A DNA stretch of 64,000 nt, taken from contig CBDCDC010000002.1 of NCBI GenBank assembly GCA_965215195.1, positions 640,001 through 704,000 of the forward strand, in the 5' to 3' direction. The notes beneath the pieces are model-generated. The model was not told the origin of the DNA and did not search any database. It worked only from the letters and a program-made list of their open reading frames with translations. Made by a program: the position numbers and the translations under genes. Of the stretch, positions 1 to 9,900 are shown one piece after another (within the stretch, counting starts at the first letter, position 1; each line of letters opens with the position of its first letter). Source of the stretch: Candidatus Latescibacterota bacterium (GTDB lineage Bacteria > Latescibacterota > UBA2968 > UBA8231).

Positions 1-603
1 CGCCCCAAGCGAGCGGAAGGTGCGCTGCTCGAGCAACGTCTCCTTAAATGCGAGCACCACGCCGAGGCCAAGGCCGGCGTTGACCAAGCCGGCGACCAAG
101 GCCGTATGCAGGCTGCCGAGGAAGGGCAGCAGGATGTACGGGAAGAGCAACGAGGCCAACAAGGCCCCCAGATAGTCAAGGGACAAAACATTAGATAGGG
201 CTGCGCGCAGCGTACCGTGCCCGCGCAAAAGCCGGGTGATCAGCGGCACTTCCAAGCCGATCAACGCGCCAATCGCCGTGCTCAAAGCCAACATGCCGGT
301 CCTAAAGTGGTCGGTGTAGCCGTAGAGCACGTAGAGCACGCCAACCGAAACCCCACCCAAAAGCCCCAGCCAAATCTCTAGCTGGGCTAGCCGCGTCAAC
401 AGCAGGTGGTCGGCGACAAAGCGCGAAAGCCAAGAGCCAAGCCCCATCGCAGCGAGGAAAAAGCCGATCGTCAGGGAAAACTGCTCGACGCTATTGCCGA
501 GGAAGTAAGACGACACGCTGCCGATGAGGAGCTGATAGACGATGGCGCAAACGGCGGCCGAGAAAATGGCCACCAGCAAAAACAGCACCCCCAGCCTAGG
601 CAT
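1..603 (-). CDS. speE: Membrane-bound polyamine aminopropyltransferase (spermidine synthase-like), N-terminal membrane region; runs off the window
   Basis: Hand translation from ATG at 603: MPRLGVLFLLVAIFSAAVCAIVYQLLIGSVSSYFLGNSVEQFSLTIGFFLAAMGLGSW...IGLEVPLITR...SNVLSLDYLGAL, the typical N-terminal TM region of this family. Start overlaps the upstream stop (596-598). Catalytic domain lies outside the window. Confidence 0.8.
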   Translation of the reverse strand, partial: MPRLGVLFLLVAIFSAAVCAIVYQLLIGSVSSYFLGNSVEQFSLTIGFFLAAMGLGSWLSRFVADHLLLTRLAQLEIWLGLLGGVSVGVLYVLYGYTDHFRTGMLALSTAIGALIGLEVPLITRLLRGHGTLRAALSNVLSLDYLGALLASLLFPYILLPFLGSLHTALVAGLVNAGLGLGVVLAFKETLLEQRTFRSLGA

Positions 604-2257
604 CCCCAAGCCCTCCCAGCGAGGAGGCATGCGCCACGCCGAGGCAGTCCATGGCCTGCTCCGCCGCGAGGATGCCGGAAAATATCGCTTCTTCGCACAG
701 GGGCAGCCCGGTCGCATCGCACGAAGCAAAAAATATCCGCTCCATGGGCTGCTGCCGCCAAGCGGCCATTGGCCCCCACAGCGACCGAGGGCTGGGCCGC
801 ATCATCCCGTGCCCCCAGCGATACAGATCAACGCGCTCTACGAGGTCGTCCAACTCCGGGTGAACTCGGCGCAGATCGGCCATGATCTGTTCGGTCCAAA
901 ATGAATGACCCTGCGAAAGCAAGGTGCGCCGGGCGTCTGCGAGTTGATCGACAAAGGGCCAATAGTACATCAGCACGCGGCCTCCTCCGCCCTGCTGGTG
1001 GTCGGCGACCACGTAGCCCAGCGATGGGCTGTCGTACAAGACATTGTCCCAAGTCGTTTGCTGGGCGGCGAGCGGCTCTTTGAGGAAAATCGCCGCCACC
1101 AACCACGGGCTGTACTCGATGGCTGCCATAGCCTCGGCCTGGGCATCCGGCAGACCCGCAATCGCATAGGGGGCCGTGTGGAGCTTGCCGGCGTACACCA
1201 CGGCCCGGGCGGTCAGTTGCCGTTTTTCCCCGGTCGCCAAGTCGATGTACCCCAACCGCACCTGCGACCGCTCCTCAGCTAGACGAGCCACTAGAGCTTG
1301 TCGCTTTATCTCGTTTTCCCCCAACCTATTAGCGAGTTCCGCAACTAGGTGCCCATTGCCCTCGGGCCACGTCAGGGTGTGGGCTGGATACGCCTCCTCG
1401 ATCCGGTAGTCGTAGAACCTACAGGCATAGTAGTGAATCCCGGCCCAAGCCGAGACTTGGGCTGCCGTGCTGCCGTAGTCGTCGCGGCAGGCGTAATCGA
1501 CCAGCCAGCCGAGCCGGTCGTCGTGCCATCCTTCTTCGCGGAGGTACTGGGCCATGCTGATCTGGTCCAAACGCCGCACCCTTACATCGGCCGTGCTGTA
1601 GCGCAAGGGCATGGCAAAGGCCCGGCGACCGTCTCGACCGCGGTGCAAGGCCCAGCCCAGCATTTCGTCTTCAAAGCGCAACAAGGCTTCGCGCGCCCGG
1701 CCCGATGCGCCGACAAACGGGTCTAGCCCAGCGACCCAGCGACCCCGATAGAAGAGCCGCTCGTGCGGCCAGCGCAGCAGGGCCCCAGCCGCGACCATTG
1801 GCCTATTGGCCGCGTCGTACCCGTCGATGACGCCGATATCTTGCAGTATTTCGTGGATGCAGTCGGCTTCGGCCGGAGGGATGTTGATGTAGTGAGCGCC
1901 CCAGGGAAATACCCGGTCGCCCCAGCGGCCACTGCGACTGGTGCCCCCTAGCTGGTCTTCGAGGTCGAGGAGGCGGAGCCGCTTGACCCCGGACCGACGC
2001 AACTTCCACGCGGCCGCCAAGCCGGAAATTCCACCGCCGACAATGGCGACATCGCACGCCCGCTCAGCCGCGGCAAAATCGGCCCAAGAATGCACGTCGC
2101 GCAGCAGGTGCCCACGCGGCGGTCCCTCGTTGACGATCCGCCCGGGGATTGGCCGCCGCCGGTCAGACGCGCAACCGCTCCAAGCGGCCCAGCCCCCGGC
2201 CGCGGCGAGCGCACCGAAAAATTGCCGGCGGCTAAGGGCCTTCATCCCATGGGCCAC
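596..2257 (-). CDS. FAD/NAD(P)-dependent oxidoreductase (flavin amine oxidase-like) with Tat-type/lipoprotein signal
   Basis: SRRQFFG twin-arginine motif followed by WSGC; GGGISG FAD motif; GGTSRSG and WGAHY; C-terminal RWGHGM. Confidence 0.85.
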   Translation of the reverse strand: MAHGMKALSRRQFFGALAAAGGWAAWSGCASDRRRPIPGRIVNEGPPRGHLLRDVHSWADFAAAERACDVAIVGGGISGLAAAWKLRRSGVKRLRLLDLEDQLGGTSRSGRWGDRVFPWGAHYINIPPAEADCIHEILQDIGVIDGYDAANRPMVAAGALLRWPHERLFYRGRWVAGLDPFVGASGRAREALLRFEDEMLGWALHRGRDGRRAFAMPLRYSTADVRVRRLDQISMAQYLREEGWHDDRLGWLVDYACRDDYGSTAAQVSAWAGIHYYACRFYDYRIEEAYPAHTLTWPEGNGHLVAELANRLGENEIKRQALVARLAEERSQVRLGYIDLATGEKRQLTARAVVYAGKLHTAPYAIAGLPDAQAEAMAAIEYSPWLVAAIFLKEPLAAQQTTWDNVLYDSPSLGYVVADHQQGGGGRVLMYYWPFVDQLADARRTLLSQGHSFWTEQIMADLRRVHPELDDLVERVDLYRWGHGMMRPSPRSLWGPMAAWRQQPMERIFFASCDATGLPLCEEAIFSGILAAEQAMDCLGVAHASSLGGLGDA

Positions 2258-2269
2258 GGGCGGCAGCCC

Positions 2270-2980
2270 TTATTTTGCCATCTTCATTCTGGCCTTGAGC
2301 TGGGCCAGCGAATCATCGACCTTGACCCCCTTGCTGTCGGCGAGGGCCTTGTCGATCTCGTCGTCAACGCTCGTCGCCGCATCGCCCATATCGCCATAGG
2401 CCTCGGCGAGGGCTTCCTGCTCTTCGGCCTTTTCCTTCATCCGTTCGAGCAAGGCCGTAGTGCCCTTGGAGTCGATGTTGGCCAAGTGCTGGTTGATTTT
2501 GCGGGTGGCGTTGGCGGTTTTGGTGCGCGCCTTGAGAGTTACCAGATCGTTTTCGTACGAGGCGATTTTCGACTTTAGATCGTTGACATTGCTCTGTAGC
2601 TTGTTGGCCATGGCCTGTTGGGCTTGGGCCTGTTGGGAGGCTTCTGCATACCGACTCTGGGCCTCCTCAACGCGGGTCAGGGATTCGCGCGCCAAGCGGT
2701 CGGCTTCGGCTTCCTCCATCTGGCCGGACTCGGCCTTTTGCAACAGCAGCATGGCCTTGCGCTCGTAGTCTTGGGCGAGCCGGCGGTGATCTTCGGACTC
2801 GCGGCTGAGCCTGATGGAGATCGCCTTGACCTCGGCGAGGGCCTTGAGACTTTCCTGCAAGTCCTTTTTTAAGTCGCGGATCGCTTGCTCGCTCATCTTG
2901 ATCGGGTCTTCGAGCTTATCCACTAAGGAATGGGCCTCGGCCTGCCCAGTCTTAAACAAGCGTTGAAATATACCTGCCAT
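2270..2980 (-). CDS. pspA: PspA/IM30 family protein
   Basis: N-terminal amphipathic helix GIFQRL, LEDPIKM motif, long coiled coil, LERMKEK and C-terminal LAQLKARM. Confidence 0.9.
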   Translation of the reverse strand: MAGIFQRLFKTGQAEAHSLVDKLEDPIKMSEQAIRDLKKDLQESLKALAEVKAISIRLSRESEDHRRLAQDYERKAMLLLQKAESGQMEEAEADRLARESLTRVEEAQSRYAEASQQAQAQQAMANKLQSNVNDLKSKIASYENDLVTLKARTKTANATRKINQHLANIDSKGTTALLERMKEKAEEQEALAEAYGDMGDAATSVDDEIDKALADSKGVKVDDSLAQLKARMKMAK

Positions 2981-2991
2981 ATCCTATCCTC

Positions 2992-3384
2992 CTATTGGGC
3001 GGCAAAACCCAGTAATTCTTCCCCGTGCTCGACTAAGCCGAGACTAAGGGAGTTGATGGTGCTTTCCAGTTCGTTTAAGTCCAAATTCTCCAGCGCCAGC
3101 GTATTGCGGTAGAGCAGGGAATCGCCTTCCTCGTTGAGGACGAAGGCGCCAAAGACCAAGTCGCGGTTCATCTGCAAGATGCGCTTATATGGCTCGGCGG
3201 CCTTAGCAGCGACCTTGAGGATGAGCTGCTCAATCACCAGCACCGTATCCTCGCAATCGACGACCAAGTTTTGCACCCCCCGCTCCTCGTCGTTGACAAT
3301 GATGATTTCCTCTTCGGGAATTTCCTCGGCGATGGCAAAGCCCAGCTCGAGGACGTACTCCTTTACGGTGGCAAAATCTGCCAT
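2992..3384 (-). CDS. YbjN/CesT-Tir-like chaperone protein
   Basis: Acidic 130 aa with LQMNRDLVFGAFVL and LENLDLNELE motifs; adjacent to pspA as in known Psp variants. Confidence 0.75.
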   Translation of the reverse strand: MADFATVKEYVLELGFAIAEEIPEEEIIIVNDEERGVQNLVVDCEDTVLVIEQLILKVAAKAAEPYKRILQMNRDLVFGAFVLNEEGDSLLYRNTLALENLDLNELESTINSLSLGLVEHGEELLGFAAQ

Positions 3385-3404
3385 AAGCTTCCTCCAATGC
3401 TCGT

Positions 3405-3728
3405 TTAATGGGTCGTCAGGGACTTTTCTAGCTCTTTATAAGCATGCGTCAACTGGGCACACAGGGCGTTGGCCACCTCGCGCTTGGCCGGATCCTGGGC
3501 GTGGCGGTCGGGGTGGTACTGCTTCATCAACCGCTTCCACGCCGCCTTCACCGCTTCCAGATTCGCTCCATAGGGCAGCTCCAGATTGGCGTAGTACCCA
3601 GCGAGGACCGGGTCTTCGGCCGGGGCGGGGGCCGGCTCTGGGGGCCGCCAGTGCCCGTAGGCATCGCGTGGCTCAGCGGCCGTAGTGTGCGCTCGCACGA
3701 CGCGAAATATGCGCGTAAACAAGTCCAT
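3405..3728 (-). CDS. Small J-domain (DnaJ-like) protein
   Basis: YYANLELPYGA...VKAAWKRLMKQYHPDR with intact HPD; N-terminal amphipathic MDLFTRIFRVVRA. Confidence 0.85.
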   Translation of the reverse strand: MDLFTRIFRVVRAHTTAAEPRDAYGHWRPPEPAPAPAEDPVLAGYYANLELPYGANLEAVKAAWKRLMKQYHPDRHAQDPAKREVANALCAQLTHAYKELEKSLTTH

Positions 3729-3770
3729 AAATGGCGAAGATACAAGGGCTAATGGCCCTTGTCCAACCCC

Positions 3771-6700
3771 TCAATAGGCGAGAGAAGAGACGGCCTTTTT
3801 GATAATCGACAAGGCCGCGCTGAACATGCCGATCAGGGCCATACCAACCCCAAAGCCCACGCTCAAGACCATGGCGTATTGCCGCCATTGCTGCTTGCCG
3901 TACCGCTTCCAAAAGTAGTGCCGGGCGATCAGGGCACCGATTATCTGCGGAATGAGAAAATGCGGAATGCCGTTGACGCTTTGGACGTATCCCCAGATCA
4001 TAAAGATCGGCATTCCCAAAAAGGCCATAGCAAAATATGCCGCCAAGCCGAAGCTAGCTGCGCCGATGATGATGGGCCACTTCCTACCGCCGAGGGGATG
4101 GTGCGTATCCTCGTCGATCAGGCCGTCGCCATCGTCGTCGCGGTTGTTGACCAGCTCTTCGTCGATGCCCTCAATGGCCCCGGCTCGATAGGTCAGGCCT
4201 AGCGGGAGAGACGACGCATCGGCCACCAAACCTTGAAGCCGGTCTCCATCCCGCTCCCATTCGACCAGCACCGCTGTCGCGGTCTCCTCCACGACCGCAG
4301 CAAAGGCGGCCCTTACCTCCTCGCTACGCCACGTATCCTGGTCAATGCTTTGGCCGTTGATCGTCATAAGGTAGTCGCCGGCTTGCAAGCCGAAGCGGTG
4401 GCCTAGCCCCTCCTCAGCTACGGTGGCGACGCGCACCGCGTCGTATTCGGTCCAACTCTCGACGAATGACGTGTCCGCCGCAAACTCAAGTCCCAGTGCT
4501 TCCCCCGGCCGGCGCACCACAGCGCGACGCATGGTTTTCTCATCCCGTTCCCAAACGGCAAACACCGAGTCCGCTCCCTGGGTAAAATACCGCTCAATCC
4601 GCTCAGTATCCCATTGCGGGACGCGGAGTTCGACGCCGTTTATCGCACGGAGGCGGTCGCCGTCGGCCAGTCCAAGCTGGCCTCCTAACCCCTCCGGCTC
4701 CACACCCTCGACGAGAGCCGCGATATTGAGGTCGCCGTCGTCGTCCTTGCGGTTGCCGGTAAAGCGCATGTCCTGCCAATAAACCGCAAACATCAAGGGC
4801 ATGTCCGAGGATCGTTGCAAAGCCTCGCCGTCAAAGCTGGGCAGGCGATCCACTTCAAAGTAGAAATCAACCGAATCGCCCGGAGCCAAATTGATCGCAG
4901 CCCGGAAGTTGGGGTTCGGCGTGGCAATCGCCATGCCGTTGGGGGGCCAAAGTAGCTGGGGGCCATCCGACGGAGTATCCGCCTCGGCGTCGATCCTTTG
5001 GGCGGCCTCCGGAGGCGGTGGTGCGTCCCCGCCGCTGAAGTCCGTGTAGAAGTAGCCTGTCTGCGACCAAGGGCCATTAATGCGCTTTACCGGGTCCGGC
5101 ACCTCTAAGTCCCTAGTGGTACTCACCCGCCAGTACCACCAACGGCCATTCTCCAAATTGGGAGGGCTCCACACGACTTGGCCATTGGGCACAATATCCC
5201 CTTCCAACTCCTCTCCGGCGCGCCACATTTTGGGGTACATCGTGCTAGTATAGGCGAGCGCCCGGTCAAAGGCCGCCAGCGGCCAATAGATTTGCGCGTA
5301 TGGGTAGCTCTCCGAGGGAATAGGACCCAAGCGCCAGAGGAAGGTCCAGTACATCAGACTGACCCCTAAGACGATGGGCAACATAAAGAGCTCGGCTTTG
5401 AGCAGACTGGTAAACTTCATCCCGGTCAGTTCGACGATCCTAAACCCCTCGGCATGCCCGCCAAAGTTGCGGGTCGGAAAGGGCACGAACCAGATTTCGA
5501 CCCCGCGAAAGCCGGTCATTAAGCGGATGGCGTCTTCGACATGGGGGATCGAAATGTTTCGGCCAACCAAGCCGTCGAGCCGGGCACTGACAAAGGACAT
5601 GATCGGCGCATAGACAAAGGCGATGAGCACGAAAAGCACCAACAGGCCGGTGCTGACCAAGGTGGGAAACAAGCTCTTGGCCAACACGATTGGATAAATC
5701 GCCGCTACGCAAAACAGCGAAGCGCAAACCCACATATTGAAATCGCCGCGGCCGAGGTGTTTTAAGCAGTACCCCCTCACTTCGGCCGGGCGGAGGCAGT
5801 CCGAGTGCTTGCACATCCCCGACTGATCGCCCCCTTGGAGCTGGAGCTTCTCCCGCACTTCGGCCTGCTTTTCTCGGCCAGTAGAAAAAAGCTGGTGAAA
5901 GCTGACGATGGTGACCGCGATGGTAATGCCAATGGAAAAGGCGCGCCAAAAGTCGATTCCAGTGACGATGGTAGTTTGGATGGTGTGCATGCCGAGTTCC
6001 CAGCGCGGCAGATAGCCCCATGCGTAGAGAAAGGGACTGATGGCCGTGTGTAGCATCACCCCGGCAAAGGAGCCGATCACCCCCCAGAAGGGCACGAACA
6101 ACCCGGCGAATACTGCCCCCAAACTCGTGGAGACCCCCAGCGGCGCAGCCTGTATGATATTGCCGAAATAGGGACTCAACTCCCAGAAGGGAATCGGCAA
6201 GATCGTCACTTTGGAACCCCAGATCTCGGTGATGACCGGGACCCCTACATAGATGACCCCGAATGACGCACCGATAACCGCGCCAATGCTGAACACCGGC
6301 CACTTCCACGTCTCTCGCTCGGCACCCGAATCCTCGGCCAGTGCCATAGCGCTCAACGCCGACATGGGTGCGGTGGGAAAGGGCAATTGCTCGCGGTCGG
6401 AAACGAGCCGGAAGAGCATGTAGCCGGTCGTAAACCAAGCGATGCGGCCCATGATCGTCCCGACCACCAACAGCAGGATCGGAGTCAACCAGTCGCGGTG
6501 AATAAAGGTGCGCTCGGCAATGGCCTCCGAATCGGGCGCGGGTACCCACCAGTCCGGCAAGCGGTGCGCTATCCCGAATAGCTCGGCTTCGGCCGAGGTC
6601 ACAAAGTACTGACGCCAGAGCAAGTCGAGGAACGCGCCCTCTCCGCCGGCGATCAAGGCAGTGGCGACGTACACTAACAGGTAAATCTCTTGGCGCTTGA

Positions 6701-6998
6701 GCGCGGCAAATGATCGCTTGGAGACCTCTAAAAAGAGGATCACCGTCACCCATTGCGCCGCCACGCCTATATCGATACCCGCGTACAGCCCGAGGAACAT
6801 CTCGCCCGGGGTCATAATCAGCGAGATGAAGAGCACACCGATAATGGTACGGCTCGTAAAGCCCTCCTCAAAGCGGTCGGGCGCTTGGAGCAAGTCGCGG
6901 TATTCATCGACCTCACCCCATTGGCGCTCCTTTTTTCGTTTGCGATCAAATAGCTGCTGAAAAGACGCAGACAGTCTTTGAAAAAACGCTTCCATCAT
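3771..6998 (-). CDS. OPT/YSL-like polytopic peptide transporter with inserted FN3-like, tandem PDZ and DxDxDG domains
   Basis: FEEGFTSRTIIGVLF, EQLPFPTAP and many TM segments; ~390-aa soluble insert with two GLxxGDxLxxING PDZ signatures and two DDDGD motifs; ATGA overlap with the upstream gene. Confidence 0.7.
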   Translation of the reverse strand: MMEAFFQRLSASFQQLFDRKRKKERQWGEVDEYRDLLQAPDRFEEGFTSRTIIGVLFISLIMTPGEMFLGLYAGIDIGVAAQWVTVILFLEVSKRSFAALKRQEIYLLVYVATALIAGGEGAFLDLLWRQYFVTSAEAELFGIAHRLPDWWVPAPDSEAIAERTFIHRDWLTPILLLVVGTIMGRIAWFTTGYMLFRLVSDREQLPFPTAPMSALSAMALAEDSGAERETWKWPVFSIGAVIGASFGVIYVGVPVITEIWGSKVTILPIPFWELSPYFGNIIQAAPLGVSTSLGAVFAGLFVPFWGVIGSFAGVMLHTAISPFLYAWGYLPRWELGMHTIQTTIVTGIDFWRAFSIGITIAVTIVSFHQLFSTGREKQAEVREKLQLQGGDQSGMCKHSDCLRPAEVRGYCLKHLGRGDFNMWVCASLFCVAAIYPIVLAKSLFPTLVSTGLLVLFVLIAFVYAPIMSFVSARLDGLVGRNISIPHVEDAIRLMTGFRGVEIWFVPFPTRNFGGHAEGFRIVELTGMKFTSLLKAELFMLPIVLGVSLMYWTFLWRLGPIPSESYPYAQIYWPLAAFDRALAYTSTMYPKMWRAGEELEGDIVPNGQVVWSPPNLENGRWWYWRVSTTRDLEVPDPVKRINGPWSQTGYFYTDFSGGDAPPPPEAAQRIDAEADTPSDGPQLLWPPNGMAIATPNPNFRAAINLAPGDSVDFYFEVDRLPSFDGEALQRSSDMPLMFAVYWQDMRFTGNRKDDDGDLNIAALVEGVEPEGLGGQLGLADGDRLRAINGVELRVPQWDTERIERYFTQGADSVFAVWERDEKTMRRAVVRRPGEALGLEFAADTSFVESWTEYDAVRVATVAEEGLGHRFGLQAGDYLMTINGQSIDQDTWRSEEVRAAFAAVVEETATAVLVEWERDGDRLQGLVADASSLPLGLTYRAGAIEGIDEELVNNRDDDGDGLIDEDTHHPLGGRKWPIIIGAASFGLAAYFAMAFLGMPIFMIWGYVQSVNGIPHFLIPQIIGALIARHYFWKRYGKQQWRQYAMVLSVGFGVGMALIGMFSAALSIIKKAVSSLAY

Positions 6999-9900
6999 TC
7001 TGCTTGCTCAGCTTGGGTTGCGGTGGCCAACATCTGCTCGGCGACCCCACGGTGGTGGGCTTTGGATTCCTCCGCCAGCGTGTGCCAGAGCAGGAACTCT
7101 TTCCGCAACCCATTGATAAAGCGGTGGTTGACCCGCTGCCAGAAGGTGTCCTGCCCGCTGATCCGCTGAATGTAAATCTCCACGGTATAGACGGATTTGA
7201 CTTCGGTGGGCAAAAATTCGAGCTGCATGAACTGACTTACCCCCATGTCGAACGGCGCCAGCCACAGCAGGAGCTGCACCGCGTACTCCGGCCCGCGCTC
7301 GCCGTCTTCGGCGACCAACTGGACCTTCTCGGCGTAGAAGTCGCCGATGGACTCTTCGCTATAGGCACCGAAATACCCGGCCAAAAAGCCGCATAGGCCG
7401 CGCACTTCCCCCTCGCCGACCATAAAGGGAAACTCCATTTCCCAGCGGTCTCCATCAGGGTCCGGCGGCGTCCAGCGGCGGATGGTGTCGGGCACGGCCG
7501 TGCGGGCCGCTACCCTCGCCGGATAGATAGTCGACAGCAAGACCACGGCCATCACGAGCAGGGCCGAGGAAATCGCCGCCATCGACGAGTAATTGAGGCT
7601 TATGCCCCGTAGCAAATCCAACGCGAGGAGTGCTTTGCCCAAACTCTGGCCGAGAATATAGCCCAAGGTAACGCCAATGATCGCATAGACACAGGCTTCG
7701 GCCACGAAAAGCAGGGCAATGTGCAGCGGTGCCAATCCCACCGACGAATAAATGCCGATTTCGCGGAAGCGCTCATAAACAGCCCCCATCATCGCATTGA
7801 GCACAATCAGCGCGGCGATGAACATCGGTATCACCAAGTCCCCCAATCCCTCGACGTCGGGAGACCCAATCGAGGTGTAAGAAAACACCTTAACGGCCGA
7901 TTCGCCCGGCTCCTGCAGGCCGACAAAGAGCGTAATGGCCAGCCGCAGGAGAAAATCCTCGACCATTTCCTGTGTGTGTGCGCCATCCTCCATCCGCACC
8001 GCCACTGAGCGCAACATGCCCCCGGCCTCGCGCAGCGTTCCGTAGGGCAAGACCAGCACATTGTCGGATTCTAGGTGAATGAACGGGCGAATATCGAGGG
8101 CGGATTCATCTACGGCGATGCTCATCTTGTCCTCGGCCACCGGCCCCAGCGCTTGGGCACTCGACATCTGGAAGTCTGCCGGCGTCAGGGACTCGTCGTC
8201 GAGGTCGCGGGTCGCTTCAAAGAGGTCGGGATCGAATACGCCCCGCACCACCAAATCCCGACCAAACACCCGAACCGTCGCCGTGCCCAGTTCCGCCAGA
8301 CCAATGCCCAGTGCCTCGGCCATGCCCGCGGCCATCAGGCAGGTCGCCTCGTCCTCGCGGGTGAAGAAGCTGCCGGCCACCAGCGCTTGGTCAATGCCGG
8401 TGACGCGCACTTCCTCTGGCATCAGCCCCAGCATCCCGGTCGCCCGCACCATGGAGGTATCGCCGCTGACTTCGATGTACTTTTTCTGCTCGTCGTCAAA
8501 GGCCACATACCAGTTGCGCGGCACGACCACCCCTTCGGTGGCAAAGTGGGAGCGGGCGTAGTCGAGCGTCGGGCGGTTTAGCACATTCCAATTGCGGTCG
8601 CGGATCAGCACCCCTTCGTAGGTGCCCTCGTGGTCCATCGCAAAGGCCATGTAGCGGATCTGGGTGTTGAACGAGGTGAAGGAGAGCACCGTAAAGGTGA
8701 GCAGGACCAAGGTCAGCAAGGTCAGCCCGGTGCGCAGCTTGCGTCGGCGCATATTGGAAATGCCGAGCATAAAGGCCGCGTAGCTGGCGCTGGCGCGGTT
8801 GATATCGGTCTCGTGGACGTGAGCTTCCCTCGCCTGATACGCCTTCATATAGCTGTTGAAGCGGGAGCTAATCATGGCCATGACAAAGGCCGCCATGGCC
8901 ATGATGGCAAAGGCCAGCAAGATCACTAGCGGATGGGCGATGGCAAAGGCCGGATGCACCTGAGAGATGGCGATCCAGATCAAAAGCAACAACCCCCCAA
9001 ACCCGGCGAGCTGCCAGCGAATATCCGCGGCCGCAAACAGCAACCGCTCCCCTAAGAAGGCCGTCGGGATGACCAAGGCGAGAAAGAATACCATGCCGCT
9101 GATGACGTCGTTGAGCGTCTGGAGCACTTCCGGGTACGCGCGCGACGTCACCCCCAGCGCGGCCCGCACGTACCCGACATAGCGCTCCCAATCCCTGGCC
9201 TCTTCGGCCTGTCGCGCCTCTTCGATTAGCCCCTTGCCGCGCTGATGCAACCGGGCCAAGCGCTGGTTTTCAATGGCGTGCTCGCGCAAGGTGCGCAGCC
9301 GCGCCTCGTTGAGCTGCCACATGTCTTCAACAGCCAGCATTCCGGTGCGGACCAGCGATTCCTCTCTCAGCACGTAGCCCCGTCCTCGCGCTTGCTTCTC
9401 GTCTTCGTATCCCTCGCTGTTGAGCAAGAGCAGGCGGTTGTCGACAAGCATTTTGATGCCGTCGTCCTCGTCGGCGTCCTGCGGCCCAAAGACCACCCCG
9501 ACGGCCTCGCCTTCGTCAAATCCCCGCGCCAGTCCAAACTGCTGAGGTGCCACCCCGCTGCGGTCGACGATCTTGATCCCCTTGAACGACCGGAGATAGC
9601 GCGGGTCAATCATGCTGTAGAAGGGCCGCGAGATACTGCGGAAGACGACGATGATCTTTTCGTTGGTATTCCAGCGAATTTTGCTGTCGATCATCCACCC
9701 GTTCACGACCCCGCCGCTGAACTTTTGCGCCCGTTCCGAAAGGTCGGGCGCGAACGCGATTTCCCCGGTCGCCGGATCGACTTGGTAGGCCGCTACGGGA
9801 TAGGCCCCGGTGCGCAAGCCGGCGATGTCGGCCACGCCTTGGCCATCGGTGAGGTGGTACTGGGCCCCGCGAAGTCCCTTGTGCGACTTGAACCAAGGAT

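Noticed and set aside
5440-6753. 437-aa alternative-frame ORF
   Set aside because: Arg-rich off-frame ORF inside the OPT-like gene
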